A stretch of DNA of 24,000 bases from Candidatus Saccharimonadales bacterium (GTDB lineage Bacteria > Patescibacteriota > Saccharimonadia > Saccharimonadales > EFPC-124). A model generated the notes under the pieces. That model searched no databases. It was given only the letters and a program-made list of their open reading frames with translations, and was not told the DNA's origin. The stretch covers positions 4,198-28,197 of the forward strand of contig DASTDY010000070.1 in the NCBI GenBank assembly GCA_035710125.1. The letters run 5' to 3'. Positions 16,510-24,000 of this stretch are shown one piece after another. Position 1 is the stretch's first letter; each line of letters begins with the position of its first letter. Made by a program: the position numbers and the translations under genes.

Positions 16510-17073
16510 ATGACCCGACGCCGAGCTATATCTACAACAATCTCATTGCTAATCGCCATAGTGGCAATTATTATTGCCAGCTACCAGTATCCGCCGACCA
16601 CCCCCGCCACACCGGCTACCCAACCTGGATTTTACCGTGTTACAAAAATTAGCGACGGCGACACTATAACAGTAGATATGAACGGCACGGCCGAAACCAT
16701 CCGCCTAATCGGGGTAGATACGCCAGAGACACACAAACCAAATACACCCGTACAATGTTTTGGACAACAAGCGAGTGATTTTACCGCCAAAACGCTCACC
16801 AACACTAGTGTACGGCTCGAGGCCGACCCAACAAACGACAACCGCGACCGCTATGGCCGCCTACTGCGTTACGTGTACACCCAAGATGACACGCTGTTTA
16901 ATAAAATATTAGTAGAGCAGGGGTACGGGTTTGCGTACCTCAGTTTTCCATTTGAGAAAAAGGCTGAATTTTCTGATGCCCAGGCGATGGCGCAATCAGC
17001 CGGTAGCGGCCTCTGGAGCGCCTGCGGCACTATCAAATCGAGTACAGGACCGTGGCAAACAGTCACAAAATAA
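16510..17073 (+). CDS. membrane-anchored thermonuclease (SNase/micrococcal nuclease family)
   Basis: N-terminal anchor MTRRRAISTTISLLIAIVAIIIASY. SNase motifs: DGDTITV, IRLIGVDTPE, DRYGRLLRYVY, LVEQGYG. The start at 16510 is chosen because the upstream extension would translate the palindrome. Confidence 0.85.
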   Translation: MTRRRAISTTISLLIAIVAIIIASYQYPPTTPATPATQPGFYRVTKISDGDTITVDMNGTAETIRLIGVDTPETHKPNTPVQCFGQQASDFTAKTLTNTSVRLEADPTNDNRDRYGRLLRYVYTQDDTLFNKILVEQGYGFAYLSFPFEKKAEFSDAQAMAQSAGSGLWSACGTIKSSTGPWQTVTK

Positions 17074-18357
17074 CTACTCTTGTGGTTGGTGTTTTGCCCG
17101 GATGATCTTAGCGTAAATGCGTAAGATTTTTTTACACTGCTTTTGTTCAGAAAACTCACGTGCGATTTCTTGGCTGGCGTTGCTCATGGCCTGGTAGGCA
17201 ACAGGGTCCTCTAGCACGCTATTTATTTTGGCGGCCATGTCTATGGGGTCGTTTTTGCAGAAATAGCCGTTTACGCCATCATGGACCACCTCTGTAACTG
17301 GCTCGTCAATCATGACAATTGGCAATCCTGCCTGGGCGGCTTCATGCAAGGCTAAGCTTTGCGTATCTGTTAACGAAGGGAACGCGAACACTTTGGTGGC
17401 TGCAAAGGCCTTACCCAGGTCTTCTCGGGGCAGCCTACCAGCGAAAATAATACGGTCGGCGGCCGGCGACGCAGCGGCTTTTTCTTCTAATTTAGGCCTG
17501 TATTCGGCAAAGTCACCTACATACATAAGCTTGGCGTTTGGCCGCCATTTTACAAGCTCACCGATCATTTCTATAAGCATGTCTAGGTTCTTTTCGGGGC
17601 TTAAACGTCCTACATAGGTGATAACTTGGTCATCTTTTGTTATGCCCCATTGCCGGCAAAATTCGGCCCGCTGCTTAGGAGTGGCAGGTGGAATTTGATC
17701 TACCCCTGTTGGAATAATATCTATTTTGTAATGCTCGTCGTTATTTTGCCAGCCCTGCATCTGTAAGGCGCTTTTGCGCGAATGGGCAATTACCGCATCG
17801 CAGTGGCTGTGCATGACCGTTATAAGATGTTTTACCATCTCACGGTTCCATTTTGCAGTGCCTAAACGGGGGCGGGCGGCTTTAACCATCTCGAGTAAGT
17901 CTACGCGTGACGGTTTAAACGTAAACGGCAAAATCGCACCCATGGCAAAAATACCAGGGGCGGCGAGAGGGTAGTGCTCTACGTATTCAAAAAGGTCTGT
18001 GCAATACTCGGCAACAAGCGGTTTATTCAACTTGTGGGCTGCGTAAATAGCCATCATACCGACCGTGCCAGGGGTAAGAAAATGCATCACATCTAGGTTG
18101 ATGTCGTTAATTTGGCTTAAGACTTTTGGCGGGTAAAAAAGCGAACTGTTAAAATCGTCAAAAAGTACCCCCGATACCGCCGGGAAACGAATAATATGCG
18201 GATCTGTTTCGTCTGCGCTATTGGTGAGCCCCGATGATGGGGCAAAAATAAAGACTTCGTGGCCGGCAGCTTCAAAATTGCGGCGAAGAATTTCTGTCAC
18301 ATATACTATACCGTTCAAAGAAGGACGGTAGGTGTCCGTAAAAATACCGATTTTCAT
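17074..18357 (-). CDS. GT4-family (GT-B) glycosyltransferase
   Basis: MKIGIFTDTYRPSLNGIVY N-terminus typical of GT4. C-terminal PSLTDTQSLALHEAAQAGLPIVM..EVVHDGVNGY (an EX7E-type motif). The ATG at 18357 is preferred, with TGtATACT 9 nt upstream. Confidence 0.85.
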   Translation of the reverse strand: MKIGIFTDTYRPSLNGIVYVTEILRRNFEAAGHEVFIFAPSSGLTNSADETDPHIIRFPAVSGVLFDDFNSSLFYPPKVLSQINDINLDVMHFLTPGTVGMMAIYAAHKLNKPLVAEYCTDLFEYVEHYPLAAPGIFAMGAILPFTFKPSRVDLLEMVKAARPRLGTAKWNREMVKHLITVMHSHCDAVIAHSRKSALQMQGWQNNDEHYKIDIIPTGVDQIPPATPKQRAEFCRQWGITKDDQVITYVGRLSPEKNLDMLIEMIGELVKWRPNAKLMYVGDFAEYRPKLEEKAAASPAADRIIFAGRLPREDLGKAFAATKVFAFPSLTDTQSLALHEAAQAGLPIVMIDEPVTEVVHDGVNGYFCKNDPIDMAAKINSVLEDPVAYQAMSNASQEIAREFSEQKQCKKILRIYAKIIRAKHQPQE

Positions 18358-18436
18358 CTTAGATTTAGTATACAGCACGACAACTGATTTGCTATGCAAA
18401 CCCCATATATCGACCACCATACAACAGTCCAGATAC

Positions 18437-18465
18437 TTGAATTCATAAGGGTTTTATGTTATAAT
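18437..18465 (+). promoter_or_regulatory. sigma70-like promoter of island I
   Basis: TTGAAT (18437-18442), 17-nt spacer, extended -10 TGtTATAAT (18457-18465). Confidence 0.6.
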
Positions 18466-18512
18466 TTGCAAAGTCGTAAGAAGAACCCACACAATCTGCG
18501 CAAGGAGAAACC

Positions 18513-19232
18513 GTGGACACCGAGCAATTGCTGATTGATGTCCGCAACACCGTGCTGGCGCAGCTCAGGCCTCTGAGCGCATTCGGCGTGTACGCCATCG
18601 GCTTCAACCCGAGCCGCGTGCAGGACCGTGAAAGCGGAAACGGGAAGTTCGGCATGAACTTCGTAATCTACGCCGGATCGGAGCTGTACACCCACCTGAA
18701 CAAGCGCGGCAACCACTGCGTGTACCCCGAACGCCTGCTGTTGATCTACCGCACATTGGCGGAGGTGCTCAAGCCCTTCACCGACAGCGGCCGACTGCAC
18801 TTCATGGCGAACGAGGCCATGCTGATGGCAACTCTCCCCGAGTTCATGTGGGAGTCGGCCGGCGTAGTACTGGACGACGACCTGGTTCGGGTGCCCCAGA
18901 GCAACATCTGGGACATCTGGGACCGCGCGCTGGCCGAAGGCTGGCTGGCGGACCGCACCAACTCAGAGCTCGACCCCTGGGGCCGCGTGCTCAACAACGC
19001 ACCCCTGTTCACCGCCGAGAACCCTGACCACAACGCGTGGGCAAGCTTCTCGGTCCTGCCCTACGACTCGAAAGAGCCGCGGACAGAAGAGGCGATGGGC
19101 ATGGCTGCTCTGACCCACATCGGTTGGAACTTCCTCGGAGAGACCGAACCTCACGAGCTCCAAGAGATCGCCGAGAAGCTGCTCAGCGACTCGGTGTTCC
19201 TCAGGCAGCACAACTGCTGGGTCTTTCTCTGA
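18513..19232 (+). CDS. hypothetical protein, high-GC island I (239 aa)
   Basis: GTG at 18513 with AAGGAG (18502-18507) 5 nt upstream. Trp/Asp-rich with a natural composition. No family recognised. Confidence 0.7.
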   Translation: MDTEQLLIDVRNTVLAQLRPLSAFGVYAIGFNPSRVQDRESGNGKFGMNFVIYAGSELYTHLNKRGNHCVYPERLLLIYRTLAEVLKPFTDSGRLHFMANEAMLMATLPEFMWESAGVVLDDDLVRVPQSNIWDIWDRALAEGWLADRTNSELDPWGRVLNNAPLFTAENPDHNAWASFSVLPYDSKEPRTEEAMGMAALTHIGWNFLGETEPHELQEIAEKLLSDSVFLRQHNCWVFL

Positions 19233-19255
19233 GCACTGCCAGGGTCTTCTGCGAC

Positions 19256-19287
19256 TGCCTGCTGCGCCCCAACCGGCGCAGCAGGCA
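19256..19287 (+). terminator. GC-rich hairpin 1 after island I
   Basis: Perfect 13-bp stem, TGCCTGCTGCGCC (19256-19268) with GGCGCAGCAGGCA (19275-19287), 6-nt loop. Confidence 0.6.
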
Positions 19288-19310
19288 AGAAGACTCCCCC
19301 TAACCAATCT

Positions 19311-19336
19311 CACGCAACGATGCGTGGGTTTTTTAT
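19311..19336 (+). terminator. intrinsic terminator 2 after island I
   Basis: CACGCA-ACGA-TGCGTG (19311-19326) followed by GGTTTTTTATTTT. Confidence 0.7.
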
Positions 19337-19370
19337 TTTGGCAAAAATCGGTATATTACTGATAACGCCC

Positions 19371-20444
19371 ATGCCTACAAAACCTCCAATTGCACGCTTT
19401 TTTTGGCAAGATCCACAGTGGAAGCCATTTTGGCAACGCCACCGCTGGTTAAAACGGATTAGCGTTGCCATTATCGGGTTTGCTGCACTCCTGTTCGCGT
19501 TCCAGTTGCTCAATACCTTTGTGTTCACCCCTGTTAAGAATCCCTCTTACGGTGTTAGCTTTTCTGTAAAACAGGCTAAAAACCTTGGCCTAGACTGGAA
19601 AGCCGCCTACCTAGCATTGCTCGACGACCTTAAATTTAAGCACCTCCGCCTCATGTCATATTGGGACGAAAGCGAAGCAATCCGCGGCAACCTAGACTTT
19701 ACCGACTTAGACTGGCAAATGGACCAAGCCGCCGAAAGGGGAGTAAAAGTCAGTCTAGGCACTGGTTTACGTCAACCCAGATGGCCTGAGTGCCACCAGC
19801 CAGAGTGGGCAAGCAAACTAGGCGGCAACGAATGGAAACAGGCGCTTTATGCCTACATGGAGATTGTAACCAATAGATACAAGGTACACCCCGCGCTCGA
19901 AAGCTGGCAACTCGAAAACGAGGCAGTAAACGACTGGTTTGGCACCTGCGACCGTCCAGACAGAGAGCGCTTAAAAGAAGAGTTCACTCTTATGAAACTG
20001 TGGGACCCGTACCACCCCATACTTATGAGCCTCAGCGACCAGCATGGCTTCCCCCTAAACGAACCCCACCCCGACGGCTACGGCTTTTCCGTATACCGAA
20101 TAATCTGGAACGACAAATTCCCTCCAAACGGCTATATGTATTATCCAACTCCAATCTGGTACCACCAAATGCGGTCGGCAATTATAAAGGCGACCCACAA
20201 CAAACCCACCTTTATCCATGAGCTACAAATGGAACCCTGGGGACAGCAAGATTTTAAAAATCTGACAATAGAAGAACAAGACAAATCTATGAGCGTGAGG
20301 CAAATTCCAAAATCATTCAAGTTTGCCCGCCAGCTGGGCATGAAAGACATTTATTTATGGGGTGGCGAGTGGTGGTACTGGCGCATGCAACACGGCGACC
20401 CTACAGTATGGCAAACAGTCAAAGAGCAATTGCAAGCCCCTTGA
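19371..20444 (+). CDS. membrane-anchored glycoside hydrolase, GH5/clan GH-A-like (tentative)
   Basis: N-terminal TM (ISVAIIGFAALLFAFQLL). WQLENEAV (an NE acid/base-like motif) and IHELQMEPWG (a possible nucleophile Glu). The ATG at 19371 is chosen because 19320 lies inside the upstream terminator. Confidence 0.5.
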   Translation: MPTKPPIARFFWQDPQWKPFWQRHRWLKRISVAIIGFAALLFAFQLLNTFVFTPVKNPSYGVSFSVKQAKNLGLDWKAAYLALLDDLKFKHLRLMSYWDESEAIRGNLDFTDLDWQMDQAAERGVKVSLGTGLRQPRWPECHQPEWASKLGGNEWKQALYAYMEIVTNRYKVHPALESWQLENEAVNDWFGTCDRPDRERLKEEFTLMKLWDPYHPILMSLSDQHGFPLNEPHPDGYGFSVYRIIWNDKFPPNGYMYYPTPIWYHQMRSAIIKATHNKPTFIHELQMEPWGQQDFKNLTIEEQDKSMSVRQIPKSFKFARQLGMKDIYLWGGEWWYWRMQHGDPTVWQTVKEQLQAP

Positions 20445-20476
20445 CCACCTAAAAAGGTCAGTACACCTGCTGCAAC

Positions 20477-21490
20477 CTACAAAATCTCTTGGTAAGCTTT
20501 TACCAAAAGCGCACCGCCAGCTTGGCTATCGAACCGTGCAGCAACCTCTTGGGCGCCCTTAACGGCATCTGCATAAAAATTCTTGTCTTTGCCCAGACGT
20601 TCAATAATAGAGGTAAAAGAGGTATCTGTGCCCCTGATGACATCCGTTCTAAATGTATCGTTATATTCAGATAAATTGCGCACCACAATTGGCAGGCCAA
20701 CTCCGGCGGCTTCTAGAACCGCCATGGGGTGGTTCTCTTGGCTCGAAGGCAAAAAGAACACATCGACTGCCTGCAAATATTGCCGCACGTTGTCGTGCAC
20801 AATAACGCCAGTAACGGTAACGTTGGGCGGCCGTTTATCTACTTGGCGCTGCATTTCATTATAGTCGGCTCCCAGATGCTTAAAGGGGATGCCGCCAATC
20901 CAAATAAACTGCACATTTGGCAATGACCTGGCGACTTTGCAGAATTGGTCAAAACGCTTGCGGGGTTGGATCTGTCCACAGCTGGCCACAATTGTGGCAT
21001 CTGGGGACAGTTTTAACCGTTTGCGCGCAGCGGCTTTATCTGCTGGAGTAGTCTTATATAAGCTCATGTTAACAGTGTTATATAACACTTTGGTCGGCCG
21101 TTTTACCTTTAATTGCTGGCGTAAGGTGATATCAACCTGTTTAGAAACCGATAATAACAGGTCGGCGCGCCCATAAAAAAAGTGCATGTACCATCTGGCA
21201 ATGCCGTAAAAATACTTGGCGCCAATTATTGACCCAACGAGCGAATCTGGCACCACGTGCACAGACACCACTTTTTTGCCTGACCCAAATAAAAGATGTA
21301 GCAAACCGTAAGGGCCAAATGTTTGGATATGTGTAATATCGGCACCGCGACGGAACTTATTTACGATTACATCTGTATCTGGTTGCGCACGCAAGGCGTG
21401 TGTCATTTCTTCGAATGCGGTATGTACGCCATGACCCTGTACCGTAAAAACGCTTTCAGAGATCATGTTGATTTTAAGTTTTCGACTCAT
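20477..21490 (-). CDS. GT4-family (GT-B) glycosyltransferase
   Basis: 337 aa. C-terminal FFLPSSQENHPMAVLEAAGVGLPIVV motif. TACAAT lies 10 nt upstream of the ATG at 21490. Confidence 0.8.
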   Translation of the reverse strand: MSRKLKINMISESVFTVQGHGVHTAFEEMTHALRAQPDTDVIVNKFRRGADITHIQTFGPYGLLHLLFGSGKKVVSVHVVPDSLVGSIIGAKYFYGIARWYMHFFYGRADLLLSVSKQVDITLRQQLKVKRPTKVLYNTVNMSLYKTTPADKAAARKRLKLSPDATIVASCGQIQPRKRFDQFCKVARSLPNVQFIWIGGIPFKHLGADYNEMQRQVDKRPPNVTVTGVIVHDNVRQYLQAVDVFFLPSSQENHPMAVLEAAGVGLPIVVRNLSEYNDTFRTDVIRGTDTSFTSIIERLGKDKNFYADAVKGAQEVAARFDSQAGGALLVKAYQEIL

Positions 21491-21580
21491 AACTAGAGGT
21501 ATTGTAGCAGATAATCACGAAACAACCGCCTACCCCCAAGGATTTCTCCAAAAAGAGCAGGCGGTCGTTCGACCAAAAAA

Positions 21581-22297
21581 CTAGCCACGTGGCAGGCAAC
21601 CTGCAGCTCCTTGCCACCACTCGCTGAGCGGTCGCTGGAGCAGGGGCCAGCCATTGCTGATATGCACGCAAATCGTGTCTGGACGGGGCATCGTGTTGTC
21701 GAGCACCACGCACACCACCCAACCCACAATGCCGCCGAGCGCCACCAGACGCATCACCATATGCCAGGCTCGCCACGGGGCTTCAACCAAGGCAGGCAAC
21801 ACCAGGGCGAACAGCGCGTAGCCGTACGTAGGCAGGATCAGCGTGTGATACACCTTGGTGGGGCTAAAAAACGCCCCCCAGGTCATGATGTTCGACTGTC
21901 CCTGCATTGAGTAGGTGACAATGGCCTCAGGGATTGTCAGGCCCAACAGGCACGCCACACCAAAGCCGACTGCCAACCAACGGAACCAGCGACGCTGATA
22001 CCACTGGTTCTCGCCGTGGAGCTCTTTGGCCAGCATGCTGGCCGCAAACCAGGTGAATCCCAAAAGCAGATCACCAGGCAAGAGTCCCAGGTACTGTTGG
22101 CTCAGGTTGACCGATCGACCCTCGACAAGCAACGCCAGAGCCAACAGGCCAACCGGAGTCGCCAACCAACCTATGTAGGGCTGGATTTTCGAGGAGTCAA
22201 AGGTCCAACGCAAGCCAGGGACAATCCGCAGTTGAATCCTCGGAAAGTCAAAAGCCCAACGAAGGCCAGGGACAATCCGCAGCTGCTGCGCCAACAT
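21581..22297 (-). CDS. polytopic membrane protein, high-GC island J (238 aa), paralog of K
   Basis: ATG at 22297 with AAGAGG upstream. It aligns with K across the E(N/G)R..S.QY.GL..GD, WYQ..W...GxGVA and SPT..(V/Y)HT blocks. The N-terminus carries a 17-aa tandem duplication. Confidence 0.65.
   Translation of the reverse strand: MLAQQLRIVPGLRWAFDFPRIQLRIVPGLRWTFDSSKIQPYIGWLATPVGLLALALLVEGRSVNLSQQYLGLLPGDLLLGFTWFAASMLAKELHGENQWYQRRWFRWLAVGFGVACLLGLTIPEAIVTYSMQGQSNIMTWGAFFSPTKVYHTLILPTYGYALFALVLPALVEAPWRAWHMVMRLVALGGIVGWVVCVVLDNTMPRPDTICVHISNGWPLLQRPLSEWWQGAAGCLPRG
22196..22282 (-). repeat. 51-bp tandem repeat (about 1.7 copies) inside the 5' end of J
   Basis: GTCAAAGGTCCAACGCAAGCCAGGGACAATCCGCAG (22196-22231) and GTCAAAAGCCCAACGAAGGCCAGGGACAATCCGCAG (22247-22282). 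The 51-nt period encodes LRIVPGLRW(A/T)FD..(R/K)IQ twice. Confidence 0.8.
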
Positions 22298-22353
22298 CTG
22301 GCACCTCTTTCGGATCGAACGAACACTTCTTCCGTAACGGAATAGCAAAAAAG

Positions 22354-22362
22354 ATTATAACA
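22354..22362 (-). promoter_or_regulatory. extended -10 promoter element of island J
   Basis: Minus-strand TGtTATAAT, 56 nt upstream of the ATG. No good -35. Confidence 0.4.
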
Positions 22363-22384
22363 TAATTGTCTTCAAAAAGCGAAT

Positions 22385-22426
22385 AGCCGCCCGCTCTCCC
22401 ACTGGTGTAGTGGGGAGCGGACGGCT
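22385..22426 (-). terminator. intrinsic terminator of island K
   Basis: Imperfect ~14-bp GC-rich stem (AGCCGCCCGCTCTCC with GGGGAGCGGACGGCT on the plus strand). On the minus strand it is followed by ATTCGCTTTTT. Confidence 0.65.
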
Positions 22427-22442
22427 TATCCGACCTTGAGAG

Positions 22443-23708
22443 TTACTTCTTGACCCAGGGCGGGTCAACCCAGCCAGCCGGCTTGGAGTTCTCGTTGCCC
22501 TGGGTGGGCGCCGAGGTCTCCTCGCCGGTCATCCACGGCGGCAGCGGCAGGCTCGACTGCGGCTGCACGATGTGAGGCTGGGTGCCGGTGTCGACCGGCT
22601 GCCTGTCGGCGATCCACGGGGGGACAGCCAACGGGCGGTTCTGCGGTGCGACGGACGGCTGGTCGGGTCCACGCCCGAAAGTCGGACGCTGGACGCCGCC
22701 ATCGAACGGAAGCGGTTTCACGAGCACCTCGCCGTCCTGCTGACGGACACGCACGACCTGAGTCGCATCGGAGTCGCGCTTGCTGTCGTCCACCACGCAC
22801 TCCGGCTTGGCTTTCACGAACGTCTGCTTCTTCGGCACCCAACGGGCGTGGCTGAAGCTGTTGTAGTACTTGTACCACTTCCAGACGAACAGCTTGTCAC
22901 GCTTGCCCGCAACCAGCAGACCCAGGAACACCTGAAGCTTGGGGAGCCACCCGTTGTAGGGGTGTACCAGGCTCAGGTCGACCTTGCGGCCACCGTTGCC
23001 TGCCTTGTAGTCCTTGCGTTCCTTGTTGTCCTTGATCACGGAGTTGACGAACCAGACGAACAGGCCGACTGCCATGACGCAGATCAGCTGAGCCGCCAGC
23101 ACCTTCTTGCCGACGCTGTAGTCGCCCAGAATGCCGTGCGTCAGTTCCACCGTCGTTGCCGACACGATGACCACCGTGAGGTAGGTCACCAGGAGGATCA
23201 GTGCGGTGTGCACCAGCGAGGTAGGGCTGAGCTGCTGACCGATGGTGTAGACACCCTCGTCGTTCAGCGACTTCCGCTTGGCCCACCTCATGGTGTGGTT
23301 CTTCGGACGACCCCACGCCCACGTGCGGGCCAGGGTGAAGAAGATCTCCGTTCCCTTGAGCAGCAACATCAACGCGACGCCGAGGCCCCAGCCGATGTTG
23401 TGCAGCCACGCCTCCTGGTACCACATGCCAGTTGTGTCCGGCAGGAGGATGAGGGTGGCGATGGTTCCCGCGGTGAGGGCGATGCCCACGCCGATGTCAC
23501 CGTACTTCAGTCCCTTGTACTGCGCGCTGTAGGGGATCCAGCGGTTCTCCAGGAGGAGTCCCGTGGTCCACATGAGCACGAAGGTGTAGATGAAGCCGGC
23601 GAACAGGGTGGTGAACGGCGTTGTCCACGTTGGCCAGATCTCGTAGAAGAATCTCGCCCACGGGTACAGGTTCAGCTTGTCGGGAAACGACGTGACGTCG
23701 ATGTTCAT
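22443..23708 (-). CDS. polytopic membrane protein with Pro-rich C-terminal tail, high-GC island K (421 aa)
   Basis: ATG at 23708 (MNIDVTSFPDK) with GAGAGG upstream. About 6 hydrophobic spans. The C-terminal ~130 aa are Pro/Gln-rich, with three PPW motifs (VPPWIAD, LPPWMTG, DPPWVKK). Confidence 0.65.
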   Translation of the reverse strand: MNIDVTSFPDKLNLYPWARFFYEIWPTWTTPFTTLFAGFIYTFVLMWTTGLLLENRWIPYSAQYKGLKYGDIGVGIALTAGTIATLILLPDTTGMWYQEAWLHNIGWGLGVALMLLLKGTEIFFTLARTWAWGRPKNHTMRWAKRKSLNDEGVYTIGQQLSPTSLVHTALILLVTYLTVVIVSATTVELTHGILGDYSVGKKVLAAQLICVMAVGLFVWFVNSVIKDNKERKDYKAGNGGRKVDLSLVHPYNGWLPKLQVFLGLLVAGKRDKLFVWKWYKYYNSFSHARWVPKKQTFVKAKPECVVDDSKRDSDATQVVRVRQQDGEVLVKPLPFDGGVQRPTFGRGPDQPSVAPQNRPLAVPPWIADRQPVDTGTQPHIVQPQSSLPLPPWMTGEETSAPTQGNENSKPAGWVDPPWVKK

Positions 23709-23763
23709 GTGCACCTCTCGGGAAAAATGGTCGGATGGTGCGCCAGGCGGCGACACCAACATT

Positions 23764-23792
23764 ATTTTACTATATTACATAACTATTGTCAA
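23764..23792 (-). promoter_or_regulatory. sigma70-like promoter of island K
   Basis: Minus-strand TTGACA (23787-23792), 17-nt spacer, TAAAAT (23764-23769). A 55-nt GC-rich leader follows. Confidence 0.6.
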
Positions 23793-23834
23793 TAGTACCA
23801 CCCCTGTTCGTTTTGGGTTACAATAAAGGCCAGT

Positions 23835-24000
23835 ATGGCCAAAAAACTACCCGAAACATCTGTCCAAAATCGCCGCGCAAGGCACGACTACGATCTGCGC
23901 GACGAATTTAACGTAGGCATTGTGTTAAGCGGCCAAGAAGTTAAGGCTGCCAGGAGCGGCCATGTGAGCCTAAAAGGCAGTTATGTCACCTTAAAAGCAG
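23835..24000 (+). CDS. smpB: SsrA-binding protein SmpB (5' part, runs off the window)
   Basis: MAKKLPETSVQNRRARHDYDLRDEFNVGIVLSGQEVKAARSGHVSLKGSYVTLKA matches the conserved SmpB N-terminus (N+KA+HDY.., G..L.G.EVK.+R...). TACAAT lies 10 nt upstream. Absent from the ORF track because it is truncated. Confidence 0.8.
   Translation, partial: MAKKLPETSVQNRRARHDYDLRDEFNVGIVLSGQEVKAARSGHVSLKGSYVTLKA

Noticed and set aside
19320-19370. Upstream start of the GH5-like ORF at 19320.
   Set aside because: That ATG lies inside the stem and T-tract of the island I terminator. The ATG at 19371 follows a -10-like TATATT.
20633-20639. Extra CTGATGA heptamer here, and its reverse complement near 5249-5258, considered as further hammerhead cores.
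   Set aside because: There is no adjacent stem II hairpin, no GAAA and no GUH-flanked stem III. Both lie inside coding sequence.
21890-21899. Third exact occurrence of TTCGACTGTC (part of the conserved hairpin apex) inside island J. A variant, TTCGACAGTGTCTT, lies at 13606-13619.
   Set aside because: Neither has a flanking palindrome or the AATAG/CTATT base, and the 21890 copy is in frame within a coding region. A 10-mer match in 48 kb of two-strand sequence can occur by chance.
22572-23795. 407-aa plus-strand ORF antisense to island K. Similar long shadow ORFs include 196..744(-), 333..779(+), 12440..12991(-), 12561..13199(+), 13061..13819(-), 13921..14424(+), 15882..16352(-) and 22897..23424(-).
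   Set aside because: They are typical stop-codon-poor shadow frames of high-GC DNA. They are Arg/Pro/Gly/Ala-dominated with no SD or promoter. Each overlaps a frame with natural composition and proper start signals.

Overview
The window is a compositional mosaic. All coordinates, folds and G+C figures were worked out by hand; no database or covariance-model search was possible.

Backbone: about 50% G+C (30/60 in a hand-counted stretch, 1381-1440). It carries housekeeping genes:
- a UvrD/PcrA-type helicase fused to a PD-(D/E)XK nuclease
- a complete F1Fo ATP synthase operon, atpBEFHAGDC, on the minus strand
- a glutaredoxin-like protein and a CobO-type adenosyltransferase
- a membrane-anchored thermonuclease
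- two GT4 glycosyltransferases flanking a GH5-like hydrolase
- the 5' end of smpB

No rRNA, tRNA, CRISPR array, transposase or integrase was seen. The gene set suggests a small streamlined genome, possibly a Patescibacteria/Saccharibacteria-like lineage, but that is inference only.

Islands: eleven sharply bounded high-G+C ORFs sit in the backbone's intergenic gaps (39/60 = 65% G+C in 301-360). I call them A-K; together they are about 6 kb. For most of them a private AT-rich sigma70-type promoter can be read, and every one has a GC-rich leader with a strong Shine-Dalgarno; most also have a 3'-end hairpin or ribozyme. None has a product I can name, except a frameshifted actinobacterial-style DUF2690-like secreted protein.

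Most striking locus: the tandem D-E-F array (12355-14420).
- Cassettes D and E each end in a textbook type III hammerhead ribozyme. The cleavage sites (after C12939 and C13659) are exactly 720 nt apart.
- Each ribozyme is preceded by a conserved GGG-loop hairpin that occludes the stem III strand.
- That hairpin is complementary to a conserved 13-nt box in the cassette's own 5' leader.

Second element: a long hairpin family at 13721-13778 and 16407-16473, with an identical 25-nt apex, an identical AATAG/CTATT base and fully covarying middle stems. Both copies lie at cassette boundaries.
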